From: an uncultured cyanobacterium | Lineage (GTDB): Bacteria; Cyanobacteriota; Cyanobacteriia; Pseudanabaenales; Pseudanabaenaceae | Length of the DNA stretch: 64,000 nucleotides | Direction: 5' to 3' | NCBI GenBank assembly: GCA_963703315.1 | Contig: OY969811.1 | Coordinates: forward strand, 2,176,001-2,240,000 | Shown: piece by piece, positions 9,127 to 17,924 of the stretch | Numbering within the stretch: the first letter of the stretch is position 1 | Layout of the letters: each line of letters starts with the position of its first letter | The notes under the pieces: generated by a model | What the model saw: only the letters and a program-made list of their open reading frames with translations | Databases searched by the model: none | Told to the model about the DNA's origin: nothing | Translations under genes and position numbers: made by a program

Positions 9127-10044
9127 TTATGGCTTTTTGATAAAAGAACTACTACTATTCTGAGCTTTGTAGAAAGTGGTAAGGCTTTCTTCATCACCAA
9201 CAAAGCGCCAATGCCAAGGCTCATACATTACACCTTGAGGATTATTTGGCGGAAATGACATTTCAAATCCATACTTAGCCGCATTATTTTGTAACCATTG
9301 AAAGGCAGCAGTTTGCTCAAAACTAGTCGAAAGATTAGCACTAGGTACAGATGCGTCACCGATGTCCATCGCATAGCCTGTGTGATGCTCGCTATGTCCA
9401 GGAGGCGCACTCACCTTAGCGCGTTGGGCTGGCGTTTGATTGCGTTGCTTGCTGATTTCAAAGAAAAGTTGTTGTTGCTCAGAGATCGTCCGAAATCCTG
9501 AAATCACCACAAAATCAACACCATCAGCTTTGGCGGCGGCTTCCATACTCAGGTAACTTTTCGCGGCTGTATCCCGTAGCTTAATTTCATAGCCATCACT
9601 AGCCCTACCAATCGTAGTTAATTGATTAGTAGCCGCCTCTTTATAGGGATAATGACCAAAGAGCGCAGGAGGACTATCGGTTGCTGCCTTAGGAAGGACT
9701 GCGGGATTCTTGCTTGGGACTTTATTGGTAGGTGATGGAGTTGTGCTTATAAAGGGTGCAACGGTAGGACTAGCGGAAGGTTTTACTTGGGGTTCTGGTG
9801 CAGATTGAGGGCTTTCGGCAGTGGTCATACTTGCCTGTGGTTGATTTGTCGCATTAGCATTAAGAGAAAACCAAATGCGAGTACTGACGATGGGAGACAA
9901 AAAGGCTAGGACAGCTAAACCATATCCCCACCAAGGAACTGCTTGTAGCGATCGCGCAATTGGATTGGATTGGACTTGCTTTTGGGGCGATCGCTGGGGA
10001 TCGCTGACCCTCTGGGCGATGGGGATATCGTTTTGGGTAGTCAT
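9127..10044 (-). CDS. D-alanyl-D-alanine carboxypeptidase (M15B/VanY family)
   Basis: SGFR, SAPPGHSEHHTGYAMDI, YEPWHWRFVG. Confidence 0.9.
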   Translation of the reverse strand: MTTQNDIPIAQRVSDPQRSPQKQVQSNPIARSLQAVPWWGYGLAVLAFLSPIVSTRIWFSLNANATNQPQASMTTAESPQSAPEPQVKPSASPTVAPFISTTPSPTNKVPSKNPAVLPKAATDSPPALFGHYPYKEAATNQLTTIGRASDGYEIKLRDTAAKSYLSMEAAAKADGVDFVVISGFRTISEQQQLFFEISKQRNQTPAQRAKVSAPPGHSEHHTGYAMDIGDASVPSANLSTSFEQTAAFQWLQNNAAKYGFEMSFPPNNPQGVMYEPWHWRFVGDEESLTTFYKAQNSSSSFIKKP

Positions 10045-10163
10045 AGGTGTATAAACCTTTGAAGTTTTAAGCACGATTAATAAGCACAGTTAAATATATA
10101 GCAATAAATCTGGAAATTAGAATTCGCACAAAGTGGGAATTTTTGATTGACTGAATTAAAACC

Positions 10164-10214
10164 CAGAGAAATTTTTGAAAGCGCCGCTTCGCGGCGCTTT
10201 CAAAAATTTCTCTG
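10164..10214. repeat. Perfect 24-bp-arm palindrome, TTC/GAA loop
   Basis: CAGAGAAATTTTTGAAAGCGCCGC-TTC-GCGGCGCTTTCAAAAATTTCTCTG. Confidence 0.85.
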
Positions 10215-10589
10215 TACTACTTCTAAAAGATTGCCATCGGGATCGTTTAAAAATAAGATTTTTTGTCCCCAAGGCATCACATTAGGTGGTGAAATTATAT
10301 CTACGGAAATATTAGCTTGTCGATCGCATATTTCTTGATAAACCTGATCCAGATTATTCACAGTCATCGAGAGTAAGAAAGGATGACCACTGATAGTCTG
10401 CTCACCGCGATCGCCAAATAATTTAGGTAACCAACTGCGATCGTATAGCCCAATTTTCAGCTTGCCGCTATAGCCCTCCGCACTATCAGGTTTGGCTGGT
10501 TTGTCAAACTGAAAGCCTAACACCTCACGATAAAAAATAAGCGATCGCGCTACATCAGCAACAAATAGAGCAATATAATCAATTTCCAT
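10200..10589 (-). CDS. VOC/glyoxalase family protein
   Basis: IALFVADVARSLIFYREVLGF...PWGQKILFLNDPDGNLLEV. Confidence 0.9.
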   Translation of the reverse strand: MEIDYIALFVADVARSLIFYREVLGFQFDKPAKPDSAEGYSGKLKIGLYDRSWLPKLFGDRGEQTISGHPFLLSMTVNNLDQVYQEICDRQANISVDIISPPNVMPWGQKILFLNDPDGNLLEVVQRNF

Positions 10590-10605
10590 CTCATCTAGCT
10601 CCTAT

Positions 10606-10703
10606 AAAAACTAAAAATGGCGTTGCCATTTTTAGTTTTGAAAACCCTTACTGGATTTGGTTTTTAATTCACAAAAGTGTGCCACCACTTTTGTGAATTG
10701 GTA
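10606..10703 (-). repeat. Two-hairpin ~98-bp dispersed element, copy A
   Basis: Its reverse complement aligns with 38439-38536. Confidence 0.75.
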
Positions 10704-10706
10704 CAG

Positions 10707-12200
10707 TTATGGATTTTCCTGCAAAATTGCTTCAGGGCGATCGCTTGTTAATTCATTTTTCAATCCATTTATCTCAACAGATGATGACTCCGCTAAAACT
10801 GCTGTTTGAGGAGGATTAAACTTGCCATTTTTCTCGTCAGGTAGCCATTTTAGAAATGGTAATGGTAATAGACTGCTGAGGTTCGCAATGACGATCAAAA
10901 TCCAGAGATTATCAAAATTAGATTCAGTCACACCGAGAAAATGGGTGAGTACAGCCCCTAATTGGAATGAACATAGGGCGGAGATATTAATCACTGACAT
11001 CAAAAGTGCAAATAAAGTTGCTTCGATACCTTCAGGACAGAGCCTTGCTGCCAAAACTAAAATAGGCATAAACGCAATTCTGCCAGCAACGGTCAAAATC
11101 AAGCTATCGCCAAGACTAAACCAGCGATCGTCAATGCCTAACGTTCTATTAGCATGAGTGACTAACAATAAACTAGTTAGTCCCAAAACAGTGGAAATAA
11201 TCGTTGTCCAAAAGAAAATTGTGCGGGTTGGCACACCTTTAAAAAAGCGTTGGAATAGCCACACTCCCAGAAGTCCTGCCCAACTCGCAAAAAATTTAAT
11301 TGTTCCTAAAAATTCTGGATTAAATTTCAGTTCATTGGTAGTGAAATAGAAAAAAGCGGTATCCGAACTGGGTGTTGCTTGCCAAATAAACAAGAAAAGT
11401 GTCGGTAGCCAAATTGCTTTATTGGTAAAGGCTTGACGCAACTGCCCAAAGTTGAACTTCAGCGACATCCATAGTTGCGAATTTCTCGATAAAGGTTTAG
11501 AAGTTACCGACTCTTGATTAGTTGTGGCATTAGTTGCTGCTGTGTCAGGAGCCACAATATGTACGTTAGACATTGGTGGATCAGCGATCGCAAAGGCAGC
11601 AATCCCCACTAGTAATGGTAGAAAGGCTGTAATCTCAAATACGAACTTCGCGCCAAAATGCTCCAATAAATAGCCACTCAAATATGCCGAGATAATTGCG
11701 CCAATTGATGAGGCAATCCAGCTAAAGGACTGCAAAGATCCTGCATCTCCCTCTGGTTCTAGTCTTGCGCGTTGGACAATTAGGGCATCCGTAATCGCAT
11801 CAGAAAAAGCTAGAGATAGTCCACCCAACGCAATCATCGCGATCGCCCAAAAGGGAGTAGTAACCCATATTCCCAAGCTCAACCAAGCAAAAATCCCTAA
11901 AACACTGGACAGCAACAGGTAAGGGCGACGACGATAGCCAAATATCGGCAATCCATCCGAAATCAGACCATAAAGGGGTTTAATCGTCCAAGGTAGCATG
12001 GTAATACCGACCATTGAAGCCACTTCCGCAGGACTTAATCCCAAATCATCTTTGAGGAAAAAACTCACGGCAAGCTGCGAGATCGCCATTGCCCCTTGTA
12101 CGAAATAAATAGTAGCGATCGCTGCCAACTCAAGGTCAAACGAGCGCCCCCGTAAACTTTTGAGCCAGTCTGATTGGATTAGCACTATAGGATTGCCCAA
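10707..12200 (-). CDS. Folate/biopterin (BT1) MFS transporter
   Basis: PWTIKPLYGLISDGLPIFGYRRRPY, LAARLCPEGIEATLFALLMS. Confidence 0.9.
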   Translation of the reverse strand: MGNPIVLIQSDWLKSLRGRSFDLELAAIATIYFVQGAMAISQLAVSFFLKDDLGLSPAEVASMVGITMLPWTIKPLYGLISDGLPIFGYRRRPYLLLSSVLGIFAWLSLGIWVTTPFWAIAMIALGGLSLAFSDAITDALIVQRARLEPEGDAGSLQSFSWIASSIGAIISAYLSGYLLEHFGAKFVFEITAFLPLLVGIAAFAIADPPMSNVHIVAPDTAATNATTNQESVTSKPLSRNSQLWMSLKFNFGQLRQAFTNKAIWLPTLFLFIWQATPSSDTAFFYFTTNELKFNPEFLGTIKFFASWAGLLGVWLFQRFFKGVPTRTIFFWTTIISTVLGLTSLLLVTHANRTLGIDDRWFSLGDSLILTVAGRIAFMPILVLAARLCPEGIEATLFALLMSVINISALCSFQLGAVLTHFLGVTESNFDNLWILIVIANLSSLLPLPFLKWLPDEKNGKFNPPQTAVLAESSSVEINGLKNELTSDRPEAILQENP

Positions 12201-12296
12201 ATATTAAGAAATTTTAATCTCAGTATATTTTAGCCTTTATCGAAAAAATCATCAGAGCCACAATAAAGTTTTTAGGGCTTACACAAGAGTTAGTAT

Positions 12297-12330
12297 CTAA
12301 TCGCCTATTCCATCAAATCAAACAGCGATA
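12297..12330 (+). repeat. Degenerate HIP1-bracketed repeat unit (left edge of island)
   Basis: ctaatcgcc-tattccatcaaatcaaacag-cgata. Confidence 0.6.
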
Positions 12331-12381
12331 ATTAAACACTATTTCTGATTATAATCAATATAAAAATTGTGGGCAAAATGT

Positions 12382-12969
12382 ATGATTGCTACTATTGCAT
12401 CGCCTAGCCTATCACCTACAGAATATCTAGAGTGGGAAGTAACACAAGAAGATAGATATGAGTATGAATATGGAGAGGTTATCGAGGTAATAGGGGGGAA
12501 GCTTGAAAACAATGAAATTGCTCTTAATTTAATTGTACTGATCCGAAGTCATTTACGTGATAAAGGTTGTCGTATCCTTGGTGGTGATGCGAAACTCATG
12601 ACCATTCCGAGCAATGTTTATTACTTTCCTGATGTGGTTGTTAGTTGCGATTCTCGCGATCGCTATGCTAGAGAGTTTTTACAATATCCTTGTTTAATTG
12701 CGGAAGTCTTGTCCCCTGCTACAGAAAGTCGCGATCGCGGGATTAAGTTACGCAACTATCTCAAGATCGCTTCATTACAAGAATATATGCTCATCAATTC
12801 AGATTCTCCAAGTATTGAGTTCTATCGTCGTAGCGATCGTACAGAGGTTTGGGAATATCTAACAATCAATAGTTCAGATTTAACCGTTAACGATCCTGAA
12901 GTTCAACTAACTAGCATAGATTTTAATCTTCCGCTATCACTCATCTATGAAAATGTTGATTTTGAGTAG
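12382..12969 (+). CDS. Uma2 family endonuclease
   Basis: EYLEWE...RYEY, YFPDVVV, IAEVLSPATESRDRGIK, LQEY. Confidence 0.9.
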   Translation: MIATIASPSLSPTEYLEWEVTQEDRYEYEYGEVIEVIGGKLENNEIALNLIVLIRSHLRDKGCRILGGDAKLMTIPSNVYYFPDVVVSCDSRDRYAREFLQYPCLIAEVLSPATESRDRGIKLRNYLKIASLQEYMLINSDSPSIEFYRRSDRTEVWEYLTINSSDLTVNDPEVQLTSIDFNLPLSLIYENVDFE

Positions 12970-12970
12970 T

Positions 12971-13009
12971 CCTAATCGCCTATTTATCCACATCAAACAG
13001 CGATCACCC
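12971..13009 (+). repeat. HIP1-bracketed repeat unit
   Basis: cctaatcgcc-tatttatccacatcaaacag-cgatcaccc. Confidence 0.7.
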
Positions 13010-13053
13010 TAGAGTTAGATATACTGAAGTTAATTTACTATTTACTCCTGCCT

Positions 13054-13398
13054 ATGAAATTACCAAATGGCGATCGCCCAGAAATTTCTATGCAAAAGAT
13101 CTTAGGGTATTGCTTAAACATCAATCATGATAAGGGTAAAGACAAGGCGAGAGTATTTCAATCTAGGCTGGGTATTACATTCAAAATACCGATCGCTTGG
13201 TTGAATTAATTCAAGTTGCGGCAGTTGAAGGTGAAGTTGTACAGGAAAGTAATACGAAATTTGGTAAGGAATATAAAGTGGATTGGGAAATCCCTAATAC
13301 TGGAGGTGTTGAGCTTCGGACTATTTGGGAAGTTAGTATAGAGTCTGGTTATCCACGATTGATTATTGATTAGTGCTTTTTTGAAGAGAGAGAAATAA
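13054..13398 (+). pseudogene. DUF6883-like putative toxin pseudogene (two frameshifts)
   Basis: MKLPNGDR...YCLNINHDKGKDKARVF; 1-bp loss near 13180; 7-bp duplication TTGATTA at 13359-13372. The repaired frame ends PRLISAFLKREK* with a TAATG overlap into the next gene. Confidence 0.75.
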
Positions 13399-13658
13399 TG
13401 AAAACTCCACAGTTACTTGATACGATCGCTATTCTAAAACCAATTTCCGTAGATAGACTTTCGCTAATGGAATCAGAGTATGATTTTAATTCGGCTTTGC
13501 CAGTGGGATTGGTTGGTACGATTGTGGATATTCATCAGGATAATCAAGGGGTTGATTATTTGGTGGAGTTTGCGGATTCTGATGGGTGTGAGTTTGCGAT
13601 CGCCTATTTGAAGGCTAATGAATTTCTTACTTTGCAGTATGAGCTTGCTGCGGCTTAG
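13398..13658 (+). CDS. DUF4926 domain protein
   Basis: LLDTIAIL...GLVGTIVDI...YLVEFADSDG. Confidence 0.8.
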   Translation: MKTPQLLDTIAILKPISVDRLSLMESEYDFNSALPVGLVGTIVDIHQDNQGVDYLVEFADSDGCEFAIAYLKANEFLTLQYELAAA

Positions 13659-13663
13659 AGTTG

Positions 13664-13771
13664 TCGCACCTCAACACCACAGACCCGATCGCCTATTTCC
13701 CACATCAAACAGCGATCTCCCCCTCACACCCCAAAAAACAGATCGCCTTTCCCTCACACCAAACAGCGATT
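13664..13771 (+). repeat. HIP1-bracketed repeat block
   Basis: Alternating cgatcgcc-tatttcccacatcaaacag / cgatc..-ccctcacaccccaaaaaaca units. Confidence 0.85.
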
Positions 13772-13772
13772 T

Positions 13773-14030
13773 CTAGTAGTGAAAGCGGCAGGCGAGAATT
13801 CTGATTTTATCGTCTAGAACTTCATAAACTAGACGATGTTCTTGATCGATACGGCGTGACCAGCAGCCAGATAGATCGTGTTTTAGAGCTTCGGGTTGTC
13901 CTGTTCCTTCAAATGGATTACGTTGGACTTCACGAATTAGTTTGATAATTTTTAAAGCTTTTTTACGATCGCTTTCAATCCACCAAGCTAAGTCTTCAAA
14001 AGCATCTGGATCAAATTCCAAGTTTTTCAC
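13773..14030 (-). CDS. Txe/YoeB family toxin
   Basis: AFEDLAWW...NPFEGTGQPEALKHDLSGCWSRRIDQEHRLVY...CRFHY; likely GTG start at 14030. Confidence 0.95.
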   Translation of the reverse strand: MKNLEFDPDAFEDLAWWIESDRKKALKIIKLIREVQRNPFEGTGQPEALKHDLSGCWSRRIDQEHRLVYEVLDDKIRILACRFHY

Positions 14031-14226
14031 AGGCTGCTTCCAAAGAGATTCCATCTTGACGTTTTCTAGCTTTAAGCAGTCTGTTTTTCATGGCTGGACT
14101 ACTAAGCAAATAGGCGGTTTCTCTTTCTGCCATTAGTTCTTGCCAAAAGGCAACGGGGACAACTACAGAAATTGTTTGCCCTTCTGAATCACAGATGTAT
14201 TGTAATGCGTTAGTCATAGCAGCCAA
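14011..14226 (-). CDS. Antitoxin (YefM-like C-terminus)
   Basis: ERETAYLLSSPAMKNRL; overlaps the toxin start. Confidence 0.8.
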   Translation of the reverse strand: MAAMTNALQYICDSEGQTISVVVPVAFWQELMAERETAYLLSSPAMKNRLLKARKRQDGISLEAACEKLGI

Positions 14227-14258
14227 TATAACTTACTAGATTAACCATAATTATAACT

Positions 14259-14375
14259 GATCGCCCCTTAACCACCCATCAACGCGATCGCCTATTTCTC
14301 CACATCAAACAGCGATCGCCCCCTCACACCCCAAAAAACAGATCGCCTTTCCCTCACACCAAACAGCGATCGCCC
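14259..14375 (+). repeat. HIP1-bracketed repeat block
   Basis: About 85 bp nearly identical to 13686-13770. Confidence 0.85.
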
Positions 14376-14385
14376 ATATTGGTGA

Positions 14386-14601
14386 TTAACTAGAAACTGC
14401 TGCTAATTGAGCAAATAATGGCTTGTCTTTGGGAAGTGTGCTGACTTGAAAGATAGAAAAGCCAATTACTTGACCATTAGTGTTTACTCGCTCCATTAGG
14501 TCGTCGTTTTCAGTTTCTCGCATATAGCCCAATTCATCTGAGAAGCGAACTTCTAGAAAGTCAGCTTCTGGATCGAACCAAATCTTTACAAATTGCGCCA
14601 T
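14386..14601 (-). CDS. DUF2283 domain protein (putative antitoxin)
   Basis: KIWFDPEADFLEVRF...GQVIGFSI. Confidence 0.8.
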   Translation of the reverse strand: MAQFVKIWFDPEADFLEVRFSDELGYMRETENDDLMERVNTNGQVIGFSIFQVSTLPKDKPLFAQLAAVSS

Positions 14602-14897
14602 AGTTCTAATCCTTGTTTTAGTTTGTCTGTAAAATAAGCTGTAATTATAAAGGCATCGTCAGAGTTATCTTTTATTACAACACATAACCATTTTGCCCCA
14701 ACTATTGTTTGTTCGTAAAAACGATAGTACAAGTACACTTGACTATCTGATCTTGATTGTCTTACAACTTCAGGGGTTTGCAGCACTATTTCTAGTTGAA
14801 ATCTCATATCTACCATTTCTGGATGATCAAGAATGTGTTGTAAGCGTTCTTCTGTTAGCCTAATTTGGCGATTTTGGTAGTCGGTAAGTATTTCCAT
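14586..14897 (-). CDS. Putative toxin partner of DUF2283
   Basis: IRLTEERLQHILDHPEM...FIITAYFT; overlaps the DUF2283 gene. Confidence 0.6.
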   Translation of the reverse strand: MEILTDYQNRQIRLTEERLQHILDHPEMVDMRFQLEIVLQTPEVVRQSRSDSQVYLYYRFYEQTIVGAKWLCVVIKDNSDDAFIITAYFTDKLKQGLELWRNL

Positions 14898-14943
14898 TAT
14901 CTAAGTTAAAAATTAGGCTGCTTCGGTAAATTTAGCGTCTTTA

Positions 14944-15097
14944 GCGATCGCAAAATCATCAAATTTCACAAAAATATAGCGATCGCCCTTCACCCCCACA
15001 AACCCGATCGCCTATTTCTCCATATCAAACAGCGATCGCCCCTCATCACCCACAAAACCCGATCGCATAAATCTCCACACCAAAAAGCGATCGCCCC
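14944..15097 (+). repeat. HIP1-bracketed repeat block
   Basis: Six CGATCGC sites, most 26-29 bp apart, with C/A-rich spacers. Confidence 0.85.
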
Positions 15098-15194
15098 AAA
15101 AAACTAAAAGTGGTTGTAAAATTTGGATATCTGACAACGATTGTGAATTGCCGATTAAAATGCTTATGGTTTATAGTGTGTATGGTGTGTTGAG

Positions 15195-15473
15195 ATGAGT
15201 ACCACTTTCGAGTGGGATGAGCAAAAAGAGGCTGATAATAAGGCAAAGCATGGCTTAGATTTTGAAACTGCTCAATATGCTTTTTTCGATCCAGACCGTT
15301 TGATTGTCCATGATTCGGAACATAGTGAAGTGGAGGAACGTTGGTTTTGTATCGGTAAAGTAGATGATCTTGTATTGACAGTGCGTTTTACTTATCGAGA
15401 TGGAGTGATTCGGATATTTGGGGCTGCTCAATGGCGTAAATGGAGGAAATTTTATGAACAACACAATTCCTGA
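15195..15473 (+). CDS. BrnT family toxin
   Basis: FEWDEQK...NKAKHGLDFETAQYAFFDP...EERWFCIG...VRFTYR. Confidence 0.9.
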   Translation: MSTTFEWDEQKEADNKAKHGLDFETAQYAFFDPDRLIVHDSEHSEVEERWFCIGKVDDLVLTVRFTYRDGVIRIFGAAQWRKWRKFYEQHNS

Positions 15474-15687
15474 TCCTGCTGAACCAATTGGAAATGTCAC
15501 TATTGTTAAAGATTTTTTGCCACCAGTGAATCAGTTAATTCCGAGGCAAAAGACGGTAACGATTACGATGGAATTCACTCAAGAAAGTATTGAGTTCTTT
15601 AAGCGTGAGGCTAAACGCCGTAATTCTTCATATCAAGAAATGATTTCCAATCTTGTGGATGCTTATGCAAAACAGAGTAAGGTATGA
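15454..15687 (+). CDS. BrnA/CopG-like antitoxin
   Basis: DFLPP...KTVTITMEF...FFKREAKRRNSSYQEMI; ATG at 15454 after GGAGG. Confidence 0.8.
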   Translation: MNNTIPDPAEPIGNVTIVKDFLPPVNQLIPRQKTVTITMEFTQESIEFFKREAKRRNSSYQEMISNLVDAYAKQSKV

Positions 15688-15698
15688 ATAATTGATTC

Positions 15699-15868
15699 TG
15701 ATCGCCCCCACAACACCCAACACCCGATCGCCCATTCCCTCAAATCAAACAGCGATCACCCCACACCACCCACAAACCCGATCGCCTATTCTCCCAAATC
15801 AAACAGCGATCGCACCCTCATCACCCACAAACCCCGATCGCCCATTTCCACATCAAACAGGGATCGCA
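15699..15868 (+). repeat. HIP1-bracketed repeat block
   Basis: Seven GATCGC-like sites with alternating spacers. Confidence 0.85.
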
Positions 15869-15932
15869 TTGCTAATTTATATTGACGATTACGTTAGAAT
15901 TAATGCAAAACAAGTAGTAGAGCCGTAATGTT

Positions 15933-16142
15933 ATGCAAATAAAAGAACTCACTACCGAACAGTTTCGTTTACTAGTTCGTGAAGTTGTAATTGAAGTGCT
16001 AGAAGAATATATCGATCTAGATGAAGGTAAGAAGTTAAAAGCATCGGTTGTGGAACGCTTATTACGACAACAACATCAACCAACTATTATTCCTGCGGCT
16101 CAAGCTATGCAATCATTGGGGCTTAATTGGGATGAGTTATAG
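15933..16142 (+). CDS. Putative antitoxin
   Basis: MQIKELTTEQFRLLVREVV; overlaps the RelE-like gene. Confidence 0.7.
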   Translation: MQIKELTTEQFRLLVREVVIEVLEEYIDLDEGKKLKASVVERLLRQQHQPTIIPAAQAMQSLGLNWDEL

Positions 16143-16392
16143 TATTGACTTTACTTCTGAGGCGATCGCTGATCTTGCAAAAATCGACCGCACTAATCAA
16201 ATACGGATAGCTCGTAAAATCAAGTGGTTGGGCGAAAATTTTGAACAAATTACGCCTCTATCACTTTCTGGCAATTTATCAAGCTTTTTTAAGCTGCGTG
16301 TTGGAGATTATCGAGTTCTTTACGAGATCGCGCAATCACAAAAAAGTCTCACTATTCATCAGATCGGACATCGCAGAGAAATTTATGATTAG
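16132..16392 (+). CDS. RelE/ParE family toxin
   Basis: YSIDFTSEAIADL...KLRVGDYRVLY...IGHRREIY. Confidence 0.9.
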   Translation: MSYSIDFTSEAIADLAKIDRTNQIRIARKIKWLGENFEQITPLSLSGNLSSFFKLRVGDYRVLYEIAQSQKSLTIHQIGHRREIYD

Positions 16393-16397
16393 ATGAA

Positions 16398-16515
16398 TGA
16401 TCGCCTATTTCCTCAACATCAAACAGCGATCGCCCCTCACTACCCACAAACCCGATCGCCTATCTCCACATAAAACAGCGATCGCCCATTTCCTCAACCA
16501 AAACAGCGATCGCCA
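16398..16515 (+). repeat. HIP1-bracketed repeat block
   Basis: Five GATCGCC sites with the same spacer family. Confidence 0.85.
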
Positions 16516-16517
16516 TA

Positions 16518-16853
16518 TCAGTATTCGTCATCTTCTAAATCGATTTCTAGATCTGAAATCAAATCTTGTGTAACAGCATAGACATCTCGCTTATCACCTT
16601 CCTTACGCCTTCCTACACCCACGATAACTACCACTACTCGATCTTGTTCGATTCGATAAATAATCCGATAACGCTGTCCGACAGACCGAATACTACGATA
16701 ACCCAATAGTTCTTCAGATAAAGCCTTACCTTGTTTTTCTGGTTCATCCTTGAGCTTCTCAATCCTTTTCAAGATCACGCTTTGTTCGCGCCGATCCTTG
16801 ATTGCAGTAAACAGTTTCTGCGCTTGAACAGAAAAAATAATTCTATATTCCAT
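16518..16853 (-). CDS. RelE/ParE family toxin
   Basis: GKALSEELLGYRSIR..QRYRIIYRI...VGRRKEGDKRDVY. Confidence 0.9.
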   Translation of the reverse strand: MEYRIIFSVQAQKLFTAIKDRREQSVILKRIEKLKDEPEKQGKALSEELLGYRSIRSVGQRYRIIYRIEQDRVVVVIVGVGRRKEGDKRDVYAVTQDLISDLEIDLEDDEY

Positions 16854-16860
16854 AGCAGTA

Positions 16861-17121
16861 TTAGAAACCCAACTCTAATTTCAAGGCTTCTAAACTAATT
16901 GTTTGTCCTAAATCTGCTTGTCGAATACCTTCTCTCAAATCTGCCATAAACTCGCGATCACTTAAAATCTCCATTGTTTCAACCAAGGAAGCAAACTGTT
17001 GCATACTCAAAGCAACAATTACAGGTTTACCGTCTTGCGTGATAATCGCTGGATCTTTGAGGTTCTTAGATAGCGCTGGTAATTGTTGCTGAGCTTCAGC
17101 AACAGTCAAATAATTAAGCAT
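16861..17121 (-). CDS. Phd/YefM family antitoxin
   Basis: VAEAQQQLPAL...IITQDGKPV...SLVETMEILSD. Confidence 0.9.
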   Translation of the reverse strand: MLNYLTVAEAQQQLPALSKNLKDPAIITQDGKPVIVALSMQQFASLVETMEILSDREFMADLREGIRQADLGQTISLEALKLELGF

Positions 17122-17192
17122 AATGTTTTTTGAGTGACTATTGTTATTTTAGTCAATTTCAAGTTATTTAAGATTGTACGATATCCAGTCAA

Positions 17193-17425
17193 GCGATCGC
17201 CCCTCATCACCCAAACCCCGATCGCCTAAATCTCAACATCAAACTGCGATCGCCCCTCATCACCCAAAACGCCCGATCGCCTATTCCCCAACAAACAGCG
17301 ATCGCTCCTCAACACCCAAAACCCGATCGCCTATTCTCTGCAAATCAACCAGCGATCGCACCCTCATCACCCATAAAACCCGATCGCCTATTCCCCACAT
17401 CAAACAGCGATCGCCCCTCACCAAA
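17193..17425 (+). repeat. Largest HIP1-bracketed repeat block
   Basis: Nine CGATCGC sites at 26-29 bp spacing with two alternating spacer types. Confidence 0.85.
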
Positions 17426-17479
17426 CCTAAAAATTATTTGATAAAATCAGGTGTTAGTGTCAAAGAGGAAATATTTGCT

Positions 17480-17857
17480 ATGAAAAGGGATATGAATCTA
17501 ATTCGTAAACTTCTTTTGCAGTTGGAAGAAGCGCCAGCAGAAGTATATGTATCAAATTTAGAAGTGGCTGGATATTCGGATGAAGAAATTGCTTACAATG
17601 CTTACCTGATGATTGATGGCGGATTGGCAGAAGGCAGACAGTCTAAACAAACTAATCAAATGGGAGATAGTTGCCCTGTAGCTGTGACCTTGACTAATTT
17701 AACTTGGGAAGGGCATGAGTTTTTTGACTCAATTAGAAATGATTCTATCTGGAAGAATACACTAGGCTATATCAAGGAAAAAGGTGGGAATGTTCCATTT
17801 AACTTAATACCGCCAATCGCAGCGCTTTTTGTCAAGCAACATTTTGGGTTGTCATAA
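17480..17857 (+). CDS. DUF2513 domain protein
   Basis: MKRDMNLIRKLLL...LTWEGHEFFDSIRNDSIW; ATG at 17480. Confidence 0.85.
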   Translation: MKRDMNLIRKLLLQLEEAPAEVYVSNLEVAGYSDEEIAYNAYLMIDGGLAEGRQSKQTNQMGDSCPVAVTLTNLTWEGHEFFDSIRNDSIWKNTLGYIKEKGGNVPFNLIPPIAALFVKQHFGLS

Positions 17858-17924
17858 GCTTAGAACAGGGAGTTATTGTTTGTAATTGTTGTTAGTGAGT
17901 TATCTGATTTAAAGGGGGTATCAA

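Noticed and set aside
15692..15928. 78-aa Pro/Thr-rich ORF
   Set aside because: It is simply the translation of a HIP1 repeat block; the same applies to 15046-15246.
13664..17425. HIP1 repeat blocks as a CRISPR array
   Set aside because: The constant part is only 7-8 bp, the spacers are about 20 bp and similar to each other, and there is no cas gene in the window.
17174..17479. N-terminal extension of the DUF2513 ORF
   Set aside because: It runs through the repeat block; the family-like sequence starts at ATG 17480.
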